Counted from the stretch's first letter, positions 9,322 to 18,537 are shown. The stretch is DNA of 64,000 nucleotides from Candidatus Nanohaloarchaea archaeon (GCA_041640055.1 JBEQAZ010000001.1:6931-70930); one strand, 5' to 3'. Program-made: numbers and translations. Notes: generated from the letters alone by a model not told the origin.

Positions 9322-9825
9322 CTACTTTTTGATTTTGTCTTGGTTTTTTTCAAGGTAGTTATAGGCTGTAGAGTGACTACTGCCCTTCAACAATATGTTG
9401 ATGGCTTCGACTGCTACCTCGATGTTCTGCGCGTGTCCTATGACACCTATGGTTTTTCCGTAGACAGAGATCTGTGTCTCACTCATCTTTTCGATATGTC
9501 TGCGTGCTTCGCCGTCTCTTCCGATTACTCTTCCTTTCAGTCGTTCCAGGTCGTTGTTGGTGTCTGCGAAACGGTTGAGGTCTATGAGGTGTAGGACATG
9601 TTGTTCCTGTATCAGGTTGAATGCTTTTTCCGGGTTGAATCCTCGGCCTATGGCTTTGACTATCTGCTGCGCTGTCATTTCGTCGAGCGGGTCTCCTTCT
9701 ATCTTGACTGTGTTGCCTTCCAGGCTGATATCACAGTCTGTTACATCCTGGAACTCTTCCTTGGTCTCTCCACCGCTTCCGATTACTACCCCGACTCGTT
9801 CCTCCGGGATTCTTACCTGTTTCAT
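9322..9825 (-). CDS. KH-domain RNA-binding protein (Dim2/Pno1-like)
   Basis: Two KH-like modules are present (IPEERVGVVIGSGGETKEE..., GRVIGRDGEARRHIE...). It lies immediately downstream of the RIO kinase, a neighbourhood conserved in archaea. Confidence 0.8.
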   Translation of the reverse strand: MKQVRIPEERVGVVIGSGGETKEEFQDVTDCDISLEGNTVKIEGDPLDEMTAQQIVKAIGRGFNPEKAFNLIQEQHVLHLIDLNRFADTNNDLERLKGRVIGRDGEARRHIEKMSETQISVYGKTIGVIGHAQNIEVAVEAINILLKGSSHSTAYNYLEKNQDKIKK

Positions 9826-9885
9826 GTGACTATATACATGGTTTCTCTGCCAATCTTTTTATACCTTGGACGGGTTAAAACCGTG

Positions 9886-10653
9886 TTATTCGGGCTGTAG
9901 AACGGTTTGAAGGGCTTCTTCGGTATCGATCTCTGCGCCCTGTCTCCTGAAGAAGTTGGCGACATTTTCGATATCTCTTTCCAGAAGTGTTTCAGCTTCA
10001 GGATGTGTTTTGTGAAGGCCTTGAGAGAAATCGATGAAAACCAGTTCGGCTTCATCAGTGATCAGGATGTTGTACTCCGAGAGATCTCCGTGAACCAGCT
10101 GTTCCTGTTTCCAGAGCTGTTTCATATCCTTTAGAACTACATTGAACGCTTCTTCCGGGTTCTCTATCTCTACATCCTTCATCTTGGGGAATGGTGAGAA
10201 ATCTCTCCCTATGAACTCCATCACCAAAATGTTTTTCTGGAATGCTATCGGTTCCGGGCAGCAGAGTACATTTGATGCTTTTTTCAGGTTCTTGAACTCT
10301 TTCTTGCACCATTCGTTGATTACTGATCTTCTGTCGTCCTTGAAGTTTCTGAACCGTTTGTCTCCTCTGAGATACTGCTTCATGTTCCGGAAGTCGCCGG
10401 CATCCGTCATGTAAATCTTTACAAGTACGCGTTCGTCGTCGTATGTATCCGCTAGGAAGACCAGGGATTCTTTTCCGGACTCTATTGTTCCGTACATCTT
10501 CTTGATGACTTCTCGATCCTTGAGCTCGAGCAAGGCATCCATCGTGCTGTCGTCCAGCACATTTTCGAAGGTCTTCTTTGCCTCCGAACTATCGAACATT
10601 CGCCGGGATTCTTCCTTCCAGCGTTCGTCAAAGTCTCTTGGATCTTCGTTCAA
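9886..10653 (-). CDS. rio1: RIO-type serine/threonine protein kinase (Rio1-like, no N-terminal wHTH)
   Basis: RIO signatures IESGKESLVFLA and LVHGDLSEYNILI, and a metal-binding IDFSQG. Confidence 0.88.
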   Translation of the reverse strand: MNEDPRDFDERWKEESRRMFDSSEAKKTFENVLDDSTMDALLELKDREVIKKMYGTIESGKESLVFLADTYDDERVLVKIYMTDAGDFRNMKQYLRGDKRFRNFKDDRRSVINEWCKKEFKNLKKASNVLCCPEPIAFQKNILVMEFIGRDFSPFPKMKDVEIENPEEAFNVVLKDMKQLWKQEQLVHGDLSEYNILITDEAELVFIDFSQGLHKTHPEAETLLERDIENVANFFRRQGAEIDTEEALQTVLQPE

Positions 10654-10662
10654 AGAAGTTTT

Positions 10663-11097
10663 TCACCTGTAGTTCCGGTAAATATAGACAGCGCCCGCTG
10701 AGATCGCTAGGGTTGGTATCCAGAAGCTTGCTGCCGCTACAGGGTTATATGTGATGTTATTCAAGAATATTTCAGGTATCGTGAGACATGCGTCAGTTGA
10801 GGACGGAAGAGCATTCCTTCCACCAGTCTCACCCATCGAGCCTGATAGGTCACAGAGTTTGCTGTATACGAATACCTTAGATATACCAGATATACCTAGA
10901 CCGGATAAAAGGAATGCTGTAAATGCTACTGCGGTTTCTTTTAATGTGAGAATGTTTCTGTATGTATCGTATGCGAGTATTACTATGAGTGATATCAGAA
11001 ATGCTGTTCCTGAGGATCTTGATATCAGGCTTGATACCGCCTGGAATAGAACTATGACTGCTATATGTGCTGCGAAGTCTTTTTGTTTGGTTTCCAT
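10663..11097 (-). CDS. Polytopic membrane protein, unknown function
   Basis: 144 aa with about 4 hydrophobic helices. No family recognised. Confidence 0.5.
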   Translation of the reverse strand: METKQKDFAAHIAVIVLFQAVSSLISRSSGTAFLISLIVILAYDTYRNILTLKETAVAFTAFLLSGLGISGISKVFVYSKLCDLSGSMGETGGRNALPSSTDACLTIPEIFLNNITYNPVAAASFWIPTLAISAGAVYIYRNYR

Positions 11098-11131
11098 GCG
11101 TTGAACCAGAGAAAAGGGTATTCGCTGTGGT

Positions 11132-11443
11132 TTACAGGAACTCTTTGATTTCGTCTAGATAATCTTTGTCTTCGAGCAGTTCTGTTTCTGCGTTACTGTA
11201 GCTCTCGACGATGTCTCCTTTTTCATCTCCCTGGATGTCCCATGGTTCGACTAGCACTACGCTGTCTCTTTTGACCCATAGACCTCTTTTCTTGCTTCCA
11301 GGTATTCTGCAGATTCTTTCTTCGCCGTCTGTGCAGTAGACACGGTATTTTCCTCCTCCTTCTTTTCTGAGGACGATTCCTAGTACTTCTCCGTCGCCTG
11401 GTCTGCGTACTCGGCGTGCTTCTTGTTCTTCATCTTCTGCCAT
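11132..11443 (-). CDS. eif1a: Translation initiation factor aIF-1A
   Basis: S1/OB-fold core GDGEVLGIVLRKEGGGKYRVYCTDGEERICRIPGSKKRGLWVKRDSVVLVEPWD matches the eIF1A family pattern. Confidence 0.9.
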   Translation of the reverse strand: MAEDEEQEARRVRRPGDGEVLGIVLRKEGGGKYRVYCTDGEERICRIPGSKKRGLWVKRDSVVLVEPWDIQGDEKGDIVESYSNAETELLEDKDYLDEIKEFL

Positions 11444-11501
11444 TATATAAAGTATTTATACCGAGAACTCTTTTAAAAACCGGAGCATTTTTTCCAGGTG
11501 T

Positions 11502-12182
11502 TTACTCCATTCTTACTGATACGACATTCCTGTAGACTTCTTCCCCGTTCTCCTCTCCTATCAGTTCGTAGCTACGCTTGATATCTGGATCGTAACGGTC
11601 TCTCAGCATGGTCAGTATCTGCTTGTTCATGTCTTCTGTTGATAGGAAGAAGTTGTATCCGTGGTCTGTTTCCTCGATGTTTGAGAGAAAGTTCTTCCTG
11701 TTCCGGTTCGTTAGTTCAGCTGCTTTATCCGCGATAGTATCAGCTACCGAGTCGAGATCTTCGTCTCCCCGAAGCTGGATTTTGACCTTGTAGAATCCGC
11801 CCTGGAAACGGGAACAGTCGCCGCACTGGTCCTTAGTGAAGTTGACGCGTGTATCGTATTCGTCCGTGATTTCTCCTTTCCGTGCGTGGACTTTGACATA
11901 CATCTGGCTTTCCTCTTCCCAGTACTGGAGTTCGAAATGTACATCTTCCTCTCCGAACTGCTGGAATTTCTCTAGAAGCTGTTCTTCGACTGAGTATGCC
12001 TCTATCCACTGTCCTTCGAACTTCATCCTGCCGCAGACACTGCATATCTCGATCTCTACTTCATCCGGGATATCCAGCAAATCGTTTTTGTCCGGGAAGC
12101 AGTCGGCGCACAGCTTTTTCTCTTCTCCGTACAGCTGGTCTGTTTCCTTTCCGCATCTTGGACAGAATTTTGAAAGCTCCAT
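11502..12182 (-). CDS. NMD3-family protein (ribosomal large-subunit associated, archaeal short form)
   Basis: N-terminal CxxC clusters CPRCG...CADC...CSVCG and a later CGDC match the NMD3 zinc-binding arrangement. Assignment rests on the motif pattern only. Confidence 0.65.
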   Translation of the reverse strand: MELSKFCPRCGKETDQLYGEEKKLCADCFPDKNDLLDIPDEVEIEICSVCGRMKFEGQWIEAYSVEEQLLEKFQQFGEEDVHFELQYWEEESQMYVKVHARKGEITDEYDTRVNFTKDQCGDCSRFQGGFYKVKIQLRGDEDLDSVADTIADKAAELTNRNRKNFLSNIEETDHGYNFFLSTEDMNKQILTMLRDRYDPDIKRSYELIGEENGEEVYRNVVSVRME

Positions 12183-12225
12183 ATTTTCAAGTTGTGGCTG
12201 TGAATCTTATATTCCTCAAAGAAGT

Positions 12226-12579
12226 TTAACCCTCCTGTATGTCGATGCTGTCACCTTCTTTCAGGTTCAGTTCTTCGAAGGATTCCAGAAGGTAGCTATA
12301 TTTTTTGTCCGGCTTGTAGAGTTTCCAGGTCCTTGGATCCCAAGTCCACGGTTCGGCTTTCTGCGCCTCGATAACTTCTTTTTCCTGGTTCAGGAAGTAC
12401 AGGTGGAGCGGCTTGGAGAGCAGCATCATGTCAACCCTGGTTCCTGTAGGTTTCGAGAATTTGAACAGCATCATGCCTTCCTTCCGAAGGCTTAGGCCCC
12501 AAGACTTCTGTAGAAAGTTTTCAGCTACCTCTAACCGATATTCTTTGTCCTTGAAAGTTATTTCCGCCTTTTTAGTCAT
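12226..12579 (-). CDS. DUF192-like protein
   Basis: 117 aa. The pattern ...SWGLSLRKEGMMLFKF...VDMMLLSKPLHLYFLNQEKEVIE resembles the DUF192 core (GLM-R...GMLF...PLD..F). Confidence 0.5.
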   Translation of the reverse strand: MTKKAEITFKDKEYRLEVAENFLQKSWGLSLRKEGMMLFKFSKPTGTRVDMMLLSKPLHLYFLNQEKEVIEAQKAEPWTWDPRTWKLYKPDKKYSYLLESFEELNLKEGDSIDIQEG

Positions 12580-12871
12580 AGTTAAAGGCTTCTTTGTTGT
12601 AGTGTGCGGTTACGGCTACGAATACTGATCCAAGGAAGAATATGGACGAGGTGATCATGTTGGAATCTAACCTTATATCCAAGATCAGTGTTGCGAGGAA
12701 GCCTGCGTAACCCAAGATGAATATTATGATGAATACTGATAATACATCCCATGCCTCTTTTACGCTCCCGGTCTGAAGTGTTTCTCTAAGTTCTTTGGCC
12801 TGATAAAGTCCGAACAGAAGTACTAGTAGGCCTAAAGTGGTGAGCGCTATGCTGAGGATTGTGGTTACCAT
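12572..12871 (-). CDS. Small membrane protein (3 helices)
   Basis: 99-aa hydrophobic ORF. It overlaps the downstream gene by 8 nt, which looks operon-like. Confidence 0.5.
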   Translation of the reverse strand: MVTTILSIALTTLGLLVLLFGLYQAKELRETLQTGSVKEAWDVLSVFIIIFILGYAGFLATLILDIRLDSNMITSSIFFLGSVFVAVTAHYNKEAFNYD

Positions 12872-12873
12872 AA

Positions 12874-13128
12874 TTATTCTTCTGTGATTTCAGGGTTTAT
12901 ATTTTCAAGGTTTTGCTTGGCCAGGTTTACTGCGACCTCTCCCATCACATTCCGGTATTCTTTGATTAATTCATTGATCTCCTGTTCTTCTCCGTCGAAC
13001 TCTTTGATCTCGCCGTCCTCAAATGTGATATTATCATCTTTCTCTATTATTCCCTCAGCAGCCTTCCCTATTATATCGTTGTAGGCGTCGAACAGTTTCT
13101 GTGCGGCTTCGGTGTATTCATCAGTCAT
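12874..13128 (-). CDS. Small acidic hypothetical protein
   Basis: 84-aa D/E-rich ORF, 2 nt upstream of 12871. Confidence 0.4.
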   Translation of the reverse strand: MTDEYTEAAQKLFDAYNDIIGKAAEGIIEKDDNITFEDGEIKEFDGEEQEINELIKEYRNVMGEVAVNLAKQNLENINPEITEE

Positions 13129-13186
13129 CCTTTTTCTGTTCCTCTTTACTGTAAGAATGGTTTCTGTGAAATAAAAACCTAATTTT

Positions 13187-14074
13187 CTAGAGTTTCGGTC
13201 CGAGCCATCCTTCCTCTCTCAGACAGTCCTTGATCTTGAGTTCCTCGTAAACCCCTCTGAGATCTTCTTCAAGGTCGTCCTCGGTACGGTATATCTCCGG
13301 TTCTTCAACCCATCCTTTTTCGATAAATCTCTTCTCGTAGAACCGTTCCTTGTTCAGGGCCTCCAGTCCCTGCTGAGCTGGTTCGAAGGACACGATTTCG
13401 GTTCCCCAGCGCAGATTATCCAGGTCGTCGAGCATCATCATAGTCAAGATGACTAACGGCGGCATGACAGAGGCTAGTGCGTTGAAGAACAGAGAGCCAT
13501 CTCTCAATAGTATTACACTAGAAGTAATTATTGTGGATAGTGATACAAGTACAACCCATTCAAGACGCATCAAGCTTTCTTTACCAAGTGAAGAGAGTTT
13601 CGCACGGGCATTACCTGCCTGACTTTCCGCATCCAGAACCTGTACATACACACTGCTGTTCTTATCGTTTACAGGCTGTATTTTATCCAGTGTGCTGCTT
13701 ACCGCGTTAAAGTATTTGTCCTCCTCTTCCACACTATCCCAGGAAATCATCGTGAAAGCGATTAAGAATCTCTCCATTCTGTCCTCGAACTGTTGTTTAA
13801 CATCTTCGTTTCCTTCCAGCCTTTTCACATTGGTAATAAGTCCCTGTATCGCCGCGTGAAGTACTGCGCTTTCTCTTCTGATAGATGAGAACTTGTTCCA
13901 CATCTGCGTGATGAAGAAACCAATCAATAAACCAAATAGAATACTGGTAACGCTTAAAGCCAGACTTAAAAGCTGTGTAGCTCCTTCATAGATAGGAAGG
14001 AAGTATGAAAGACCTGTAAATACCAAGACACTTATGATAAATATTCCCCAGGTTCTCTCGTTTTTCACAATCAA
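13187..14074 (-). CDS. Membrane protein (two N-terminal and two C-proximal helices), unknown function
   Basis: 295-aa ORF. Its hydrophobic segments flank a helical soluble region. No secure family assignment. Confidence 0.55.
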   Translation of the reverse strand: MIVKNERTWGIFIISVLVFTGLSYFLPIYEGATQLLSLALSVTSILFGLLIGFFITQMWNKFSSIRRESAVLHAAIQGLITNVKRLEGNEDVKQQFEDRMERFLIAFTMISWDSVEEEDKYFNAVSSTLDKIQPVNDKNSSVYVQVLDAESQAGNARAKLSSLGKESLMRLEWVVLVSLSTIITSSVILLRDGSLFFNALASVMPPLVILTMMMLDDLDNLRWGTEIVSFEPAQQGLEALNKERFYEKRFIEKGWVEEPEIYRTEDDLEEDLRGVYEELKIKDCLREEGWLGPKL

Positions 14075-14126
14075 TTTTTGAGAGAAGCCGCGTTAAATAA
14101 GTTCCAGCTGAAAAATCTGGTGGAAG

Positions 14127-14198
14127 CGCCCGCACAGGGATTTGAACCCTGGATCTGCACCTCCGCAAGGTGCCGTCTTTCCACTAGACCATGCGGGC
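14127..14198 (-). tRNA. tRNA-Arg (anticodon GCG)
   Basis: The reverse complement is GCCCGCATGGTCTAGTGGAAAGACGGCACCTTGCGGAGGTGCAGATCCAGGGTTCAAATCCCTGTGCGGGCG. It has acceptor stem GCCCGCA/TGCGGGC, anticodon stem GCACC/GGTGC with loop TT-GCG-GA, and T-loop GGTTCAAATCC. Confidence 0.9.
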
Positions 14199-14267
14199 AG
14201 GTAATTTGCTTATTTAGAAGTGGCCGGTCTGATTCTTAAATAATGATTCAGAGAATAGAGTACTTTT

Positions 14268-14744
14268 TCAGCGTTCGTCTTCCTTCCAGCCGAATACTGT
14301 TCTCCAGATTACTGATGCGATACAGTAGTGTCTGAATGTCATAAGGCCCGCTACAAACACCATCGCCACACCAAGAACTTGTCCGATCAAGATCTGGTCG
14401 ATGTAGAATGCGTACGCTGTCGCTGAAACCCAGATTGTTGCAACCAGACATGCGAACTTTCGAGGTGCCTTGTTGACAGGTAGTTCAGCTGTATCGGTGA
14501 ATCTCCTGATTACATAGTTGTAGAAGTAACCGAAAGGTGTGTGAGGCAGTACTACACCGAGTGCTGCAATAGGTACGAATGCGGCCAGTATCAGAGGTGA
14601 CTGCAGTAGTGTTCCGACGAGTACTCCTGTCAGGCATGCCGCCGGTGCTAATCTAAGCCAGTTAGCAGTTTCGTCCAGTCTCTGGTCTTCTATGTTGCAG
14701 TATCCTTCGACTTCCAGTTTCTGCTTGAGTTTCTCTGATACCAT
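14268..14744 (-). CDS. Polytopic membrane protein (DUF4395-like, tentative)
   Basis: 158 aa with 4 hydrophobic helices. The alternative-frame ORF 14248..14451 was judged spurious. Confidence 0.55.
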   Translation of the reverse strand: MVSEKLKQKLEVEGYCNIEDQRLDETANWLRLAPAACLTGVLVGTLLQSPLILAAFVPIAALGVVLPHTPFGYFYNYVIRRFTDTAELPVNKAPRKFACLVATIWVSATAYAFYIDQILIGQVLGVAMVFVAGLMTFRHYCIASVIWRTVFGWKEDER

Positions 14745-14969
14745 CTAAATGTTCCTTTTGGTTCTTTGGTTTAATTTGTTTTCCCAGTCCGGGAAGAATT
14801 TTTAAGATAAAAACCGTTTTATGTTCTAATAGAGGTGTAGTGCTGTATGGAGCTGATTGAAAAACTCAAAAACAAGTTGGATAGCCTGTTTTGAGAACCA
14901 GAAAGTACTTTCATCCCCGATTTCTCTACTACTTATTTTTAAATCTTCATTTCCAGTTTACAGATTATT

Positions 14970-15224
14970 ATGGGAAAGATTTCTTGTGTATACAAAGTTA
15001 TGCCAGAAGATGCTGAAACCGATTTAGAAGAGATAAAGGACCAGATCAGAGACCTTATTGATGTCCAGGATATGGGCGAGGAAGAGGTCGCTTTCGGACT
15101 GAAGGCAGTCAAGGTTTCCTGCATCACTACGGATGAAGAAGGAGGAACAGACGCAGTAGAAGAAGAACTCGGGAAACTGGATAACATTCAGAGCATCGAG
15201 CTAGAGCACTTTGACAAGATGTAG
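14970..15224 (+). CDS. ef1b: Elongation factor 1-beta (aEF-1beta)
   Basis: MGKISCVYKVMPEDAETDLEEIK...EEVAFGLKAVKVSCITTDEEGGTDAVEEELGKLDNIQSIE matches the archaeal aEF-1beta pattern and its roughly 85-aa size. Confidence 0.88.
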   Translation: MGKISCVYKVMPEDAETDLEEIKDQIRDLIDVQDMGEEEVAFGLKAVKVSCITTDEEGGTDAVEEELGKLDNIQSIELEHFDKM

Positions 15225-15273
15225 AAAAAACCTTCTCTTTTTCCCCTTCTACTTCCTAACTTTAGTTTTTTCC

Positions 15274-15405
15274 TTAAAACTTCTGCTCACCACCTTCACA
15301 TACATCACAGCCATAATCTCTGTCGTGTTCCTGACAGATCATAGATCCGCATACACCGCATTTGGTGACAGCTTCCCTTTCCCGGCAGTAGTCGCATAGA
15401 GCCAT
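15274..15405 (-). CDS. 43-aa zinc-finger micro-protein (AN1/B-box-like cross-brace), not in the ORF track
   Basis: I translated it by hand: MALCDYCREREAVTKCGVCGSMICQEHDRDYGCDVCEGGEQKF*. The eight ligands are spaced C-x2-C-x8-C-x2-C-x4-C-x2-H-x5-C-x2-C. It fills the otherwise empty gap between ef1b and fen. Confidence 0.55.
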   Translation of the reverse strand: MALCDYCREREAVTKCGVCGSMICQEHDRDYGCDVCEGGEQKF

Positions 15406-15444
15406 GGGTACTGTTTAAATCTTGAGACAGTTATCTTTTGTTAT

Positions 15445-16467
15445 ATGGGAGTAGACCTGGGCGAACTGGTTGAGAGAGAAGAGATAGATTTCGCAGACCT
15501 CAACGATAAAGAGATCGCAGTAGACGCAATGAACACTCTATACCAGTTCCTCTCAATAATCAGGCAGAGAGATGGAACACCTTTGAAGGACTCTTCAGGA
15601 AATATCACCTCACACCTTTCAGGTCTTTTCTACCGGAACATCAACCTACTGGAAAACAACATCCGGCCTGTATATGTATTTGACGGTAAAGCTCCAGATC
15701 TAAAGGAGAAAGAGACCACAAAGAGGAGAAAGAAACGAGAAGAAGCCAAGAAAGAGTGGAAAAAACTGAAGGACGAAGGAAAAATATCTGAAGCATATTC
15801 AAAAGCCACTCAATCTTCAAAAGTCACCGGAGACATGATCGAGGAATCAAAAGAACTTCTTGAAGCTATGGGTCTAGCTTATGTACAGGCTCCAAGCGAA
15901 GGAGAGGCTCAGGCAGCTCAAATGGTTAAAGATGGCGATGTGTACGCTGTTGGAAGCCAGGACTGGGACTGTCTGCTTTTCGGAGCTGACAGAATGGTGA
16001 AAAACCTGACAACCCGCAACAAGAGAAAGACCTCTTCCGGCGGCCAGAAAGAGATATCAACCGAGTTAATCACGCTTGAAGATGTACTTGAGCAACTGGA
16101 GATCAGTCATGAAGAACTGATCTGGATGGGCGTCCTGATGGGAACAGACTTCAACCCTGACGGAATTCACGGAATCGGCCCAAAAACAGCTTTGAAAATT
16201 GTAAAGCGGAATGAAACCTGGGAAGAGATTACTGAGGAGGATAAGTTTGAATGGGAGTCTGATAACAGTCCGGAAGCAATCATCGATTTCCTGAAGAATC
16301 CTCCTATAGTTGATACGGATTACAGCTTCTCCGATCCGGATACTGATAAGATAAGAGAAATACTGATTGAGAAACACGAGTTCTCTGAGGATCGTGTGAA
16401 CTCAGGTATAGAAAAACTTGAGAAAAGTTTGGAAAGCCGGCAATCCGGTTTAGACAGTTTCGTCTAG
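15445..16467 (+). CDS. fen: Flap endonuclease 1 (FEN1)
   Basis: MGVDLGELV...IAVDAMNTLYQFLS, VFDGKAPDLK, APSEGEAQAAQM, GSQDWDCLLFGA and a C-terminal PIP-like QSGLDSFV are all classic FEN1/XPG blocks. Confidence 0.93.
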   Translation: MGVDLGELVEREEIDFADLNDKEIAVDAMNTLYQFLSIIRQRDGTPLKDSSGNITSHLSGLFYRNINLLENNIRPVYVFDGKAPDLKEKETTKRRKKREEAKKEWKKLKDEGKISEAYSKATQSSKVTGDMIEESKELLEAMGLAYVQAPSEGEAQAAQMVKDGDVYAVGSQDWDCLLFGADRMVKNLTTRNKRKTSSGGQKEISTELITLEDVLEQLEISHEELIWMGVLMGTDFNPDGIHGIGPKTALKIVKRNETWEEITEEDKFEWESDNSPEAIIDFLKNPPIVDTDYSFSDPDTDKIREILIEKHEFSEDRVNSGIEKLEKSLESRQSGLDSFV

Positions 16468-17961
16468 CTGGCTTCCACGGGTCTCACGGAGCTCTTTCAG
16501 GATAAGCTGCATCATTTCGCTGTGTTCCTGGTATCCTTCACGAAGTTCATCAATCTGATCCTGCTGATTGTCTAACTCATCTAGAAGAGCCTTTACATCG
16601 TTCTCGTCTACTCCGGATTTCTCCTCTTCACTGTCAATCGCGTCAGCCAGGTTCTCATTCAGTACTTCAAGCTCTTGAGACATCTTGTTGACGAACTCGG
16701 CTACTTCTTCCTGATCTCTTTCTGCTTCATCGTCTTCCTTCTGTAATTCCTTGTATTCTTCCTGTGTAAGGAGTTTGAGCTGCGCCAGGTCATCGAAGTC
16801 GTTGAACAGCCATTTGAAGTCAGATACCATGTCTTTCAGGGCCTGAACTTCTTTCTCCAGCTTGGATACATCCCGCTCTTCATCCTGTTCCTGAAGCTTC
16901 TCTACATTGTTCTGCAGGTTCTCTACATCGATGAGTAGATCATCGAATTTTCGTTTTTCAACTTCTTCGAGGCGTTTCTCAAGTTCTTCCTGCTGGTCTT
17001 CAAGAGATTGAACTTCCTCGCTGAGGCTTTCTATACTATCAATTTTATCTTCAAGTTCATCAAGTCTTTCAGAATCTACATCAGACTCGATACTGTCAAG
17101 ATCCTGATCGATATCCTCTCTGAGATTCTCTATATCAGAGTTGAACTCTTCTTTCAGTTCCTCGATCTGTTCCTGAAGATCTTCTTCATGATCATTTAGC
17201 TCCTGCTGATCTACAGCTTCCTGCTGCTCAACATCTTCTATTTTCTCTTCAAGCTCATCTCGCTGCTCATCAGTCTTCTCCTTGAGGTCTTTCAGCAGGC
17301 TGCTCTTCTCGGCTAGTGTATCTTTGACTTTTTCAAGTTCGTTCTCCAGATTCTTGAGCTTTTCCTGCTCCTCTACATCGTTTAGACGGCTTCTGATATC
17401 TTCGAACCGGTCTGTGAAGTCTTCCTCGATTCTATCCAGTTCTTGCTCAAGGCCCTGGTCCTCTGTATCCATGTTTTCAATCTCTTCCTCAAGGTCCTCG
17501 ATTCTGTTGAGATCTTCTTTCAGAGCCTCTACTTCATCTTCAAGTTCGTCTACAGATTCAGGCTCTTGATCGATTTCCTCCTTGATTTCATCTATATCGT
17601 AGGATACCTCCTGTTCCGAGAACTCCTTTATCTCGTTTTCTAGGCTTTCGATCTTGGATTCAAGTTCTTCTATACGCTGGTCTTTTTCTTCATTCATTTC
17701 TTCGTCTTCTGTCTCTGTTTCAGTTTCTTCTGAATTTTCTTCAGATTCTTCTACTTCTTCTGTTTCTTCAGTATTGTTTTCTTGCGTTTCCTCCTCGGCT
17801 GCTGTTTCTTCATCTTCTTCTTGGTCGTCTCCGGAGAAAAGTGTCTGGTTCTCGGCTTCATTACTTTGTTCTTCCTGTTCCTGTTCTTCTTGCTGTTTTC
17901 CAGTGTTTTGTTCTTCGTCTTCTTCGTCCTCGTCGCTTCCGAATATTACATTTTCAGCCAT
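16450..17961 (-). CDS. Hyper-acidic coiled-coil protein
   Basis: 503 aa, dominated by E/D/Q/L heptad-like repeats (e.g. EELESKIESLENEIKEF). All overlapping plus-strand ORFs are Ser/Phe-rich shadows. Confidence 0.6.
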   Translation of the reverse strand: MAENVIFGSDEDEEDEEQNTGKQQEEQEQEEQSNEAENQTLFSGDDQEEDEETAAEEETQENNTEETEEVEESEENSEETETETEDEEMNEEKDQRIEELESKIESLENEIKEFSEQEVSYDIDEIKEEIDQEPESVDELEDEVEALKEDLNRIEDLEEEIENMDTEDQGLEQELDRIEEDFTDRFEDIRSRLNDVEEQEKLKNLENELEKVKDTLAEKSSLLKDLKEKTDEQRDELEEKIEDVEQQEAVDQQELNDHEEDLQEQIEELKEEFNSDIENLREDIDQDLDSIESDVDSERLDELEDKIDSIESLSEEVQSLEDQQEELEKRLEEVEKRKFDDLLIDVENLQNNVEKLQEQDEERDVSKLEKEVQALKDMVSDFKWLFNDFDDLAQLKLLTQEEYKELQKEDDEAERDQEEVAEFVNKMSQELEVLNENLADAIDSEEEKSGVDENDVKALLDELDNQQDQIDELREGYQEHSEMMQLILKELRETRGSQLDETV

Positions 17962-18039
17962 TTTTGGAGGTTCTCCTCGTACAAAAGAATTACCGGTTAA
18001 GAGTTAAAAGTGTTTATTTACTTGACCTCAACAACACGC

Positions 18040-18477
18040 TTAGCGTTGGCTTAACTGTGTCTTCAAGGCCTCTGAGAGAGTGGACATGTCAGAAGTAAGT
18101 TCGGCGACATTCTCTTCAAGATTCTCAAGCCTTTCATCTAAATCAGGCGCAGTGTTCTCATTCACCTTATCAGCTACCGACTCAACATCGTTCTCAAGTT
18201 CTTCCAGCCTCTGCTCGAAGTCCTCTACAGTATCTCTACGATCAATCTCGTCTTCAAGCTCTTCCAGCCTGTTACTCATTGCTTCCTGATGCAGAGTCTC
18301 GTTGTGGTAGTTGATCTCCAGTTCCTCGATTCTCTGCTCCATCTCGGCAATCTTCTCCTGAAGTCTCGATTCCTTATCTACTATCATCTCTTCCAGGTTC
18401 TCCAAGGTCTGCTTCTCCTCGGAGTCATGCTCGTCGATATGCTGTTTCACTTCCTGGATGTTGTCAGAGATAGCCAT
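18040..18477 (-). CDS. Acidic coiled-coil protein
   Basis: 145 aa with repeated ...LEELE... heptads. It lies downstream of, and on the same strand as, the 503-aa coiled-coil gene. Confidence 0.55.
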   Translation of the reverse strand: MAISDNIQEVKQHIDEHDSEEKQTLENLEEMIVDKESRLQEKIAEMEQRIEELEINYHNETLHQEAMSNRLEELEDEIDRRDTVEDFEQRLEELENDVESVADKVNENTAPDLDERLENLEENVAELTSDMSTLSEALKTQLSQR

Positions 18478-18537
18478 CTTCTATTGCAATACTGGTTAGG
18501 CGTTGTTAATAAATCCTCCAGAAACAAAAACAAGTGT

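Noticed and set aside
11836-12495. A 219-aa plus-strand ORF.
   Set aside because: It is antisense to the NMD3-like and DUF192-like genes, is Ser-rich, and shows no motif.
14745-14969. A 225-nt gap upstream of ef1b containing a 15-codon ORF (MELIEKLKNKLDSLF).
   Set aside because: The ORF is too short and shows no supporting motif or paralog. The region most likely holds the divergent promoters of 14268..14744 and ef1b.
17282-18007. Several plus-strand ORFs (17282..17569, 17654..18007, 17782..18000 and others) encode Ser/Phe/Leu-rich peptides.
   Set aside because: They are antisense shadows of the hyper-acidic gene 16450..17961, because GAA/GAG/GAT codons read as TTC/CTC/ATC on the other strand. 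Their low-complexity composition differs from the rest of the proteome.
18289-18537. The track ORF 18289..19971 gives the iPGM gene an N-terminal extension of 83 codons.
   Set aside because: The extension is antisense to the coiled-coil gene 18040..18477 and is hydrophobic nonsense (LLLLGVMLVDMLFHFLD). iPGM homology starts exactly at MEKTLLVVIDGFG (ATG 18538).
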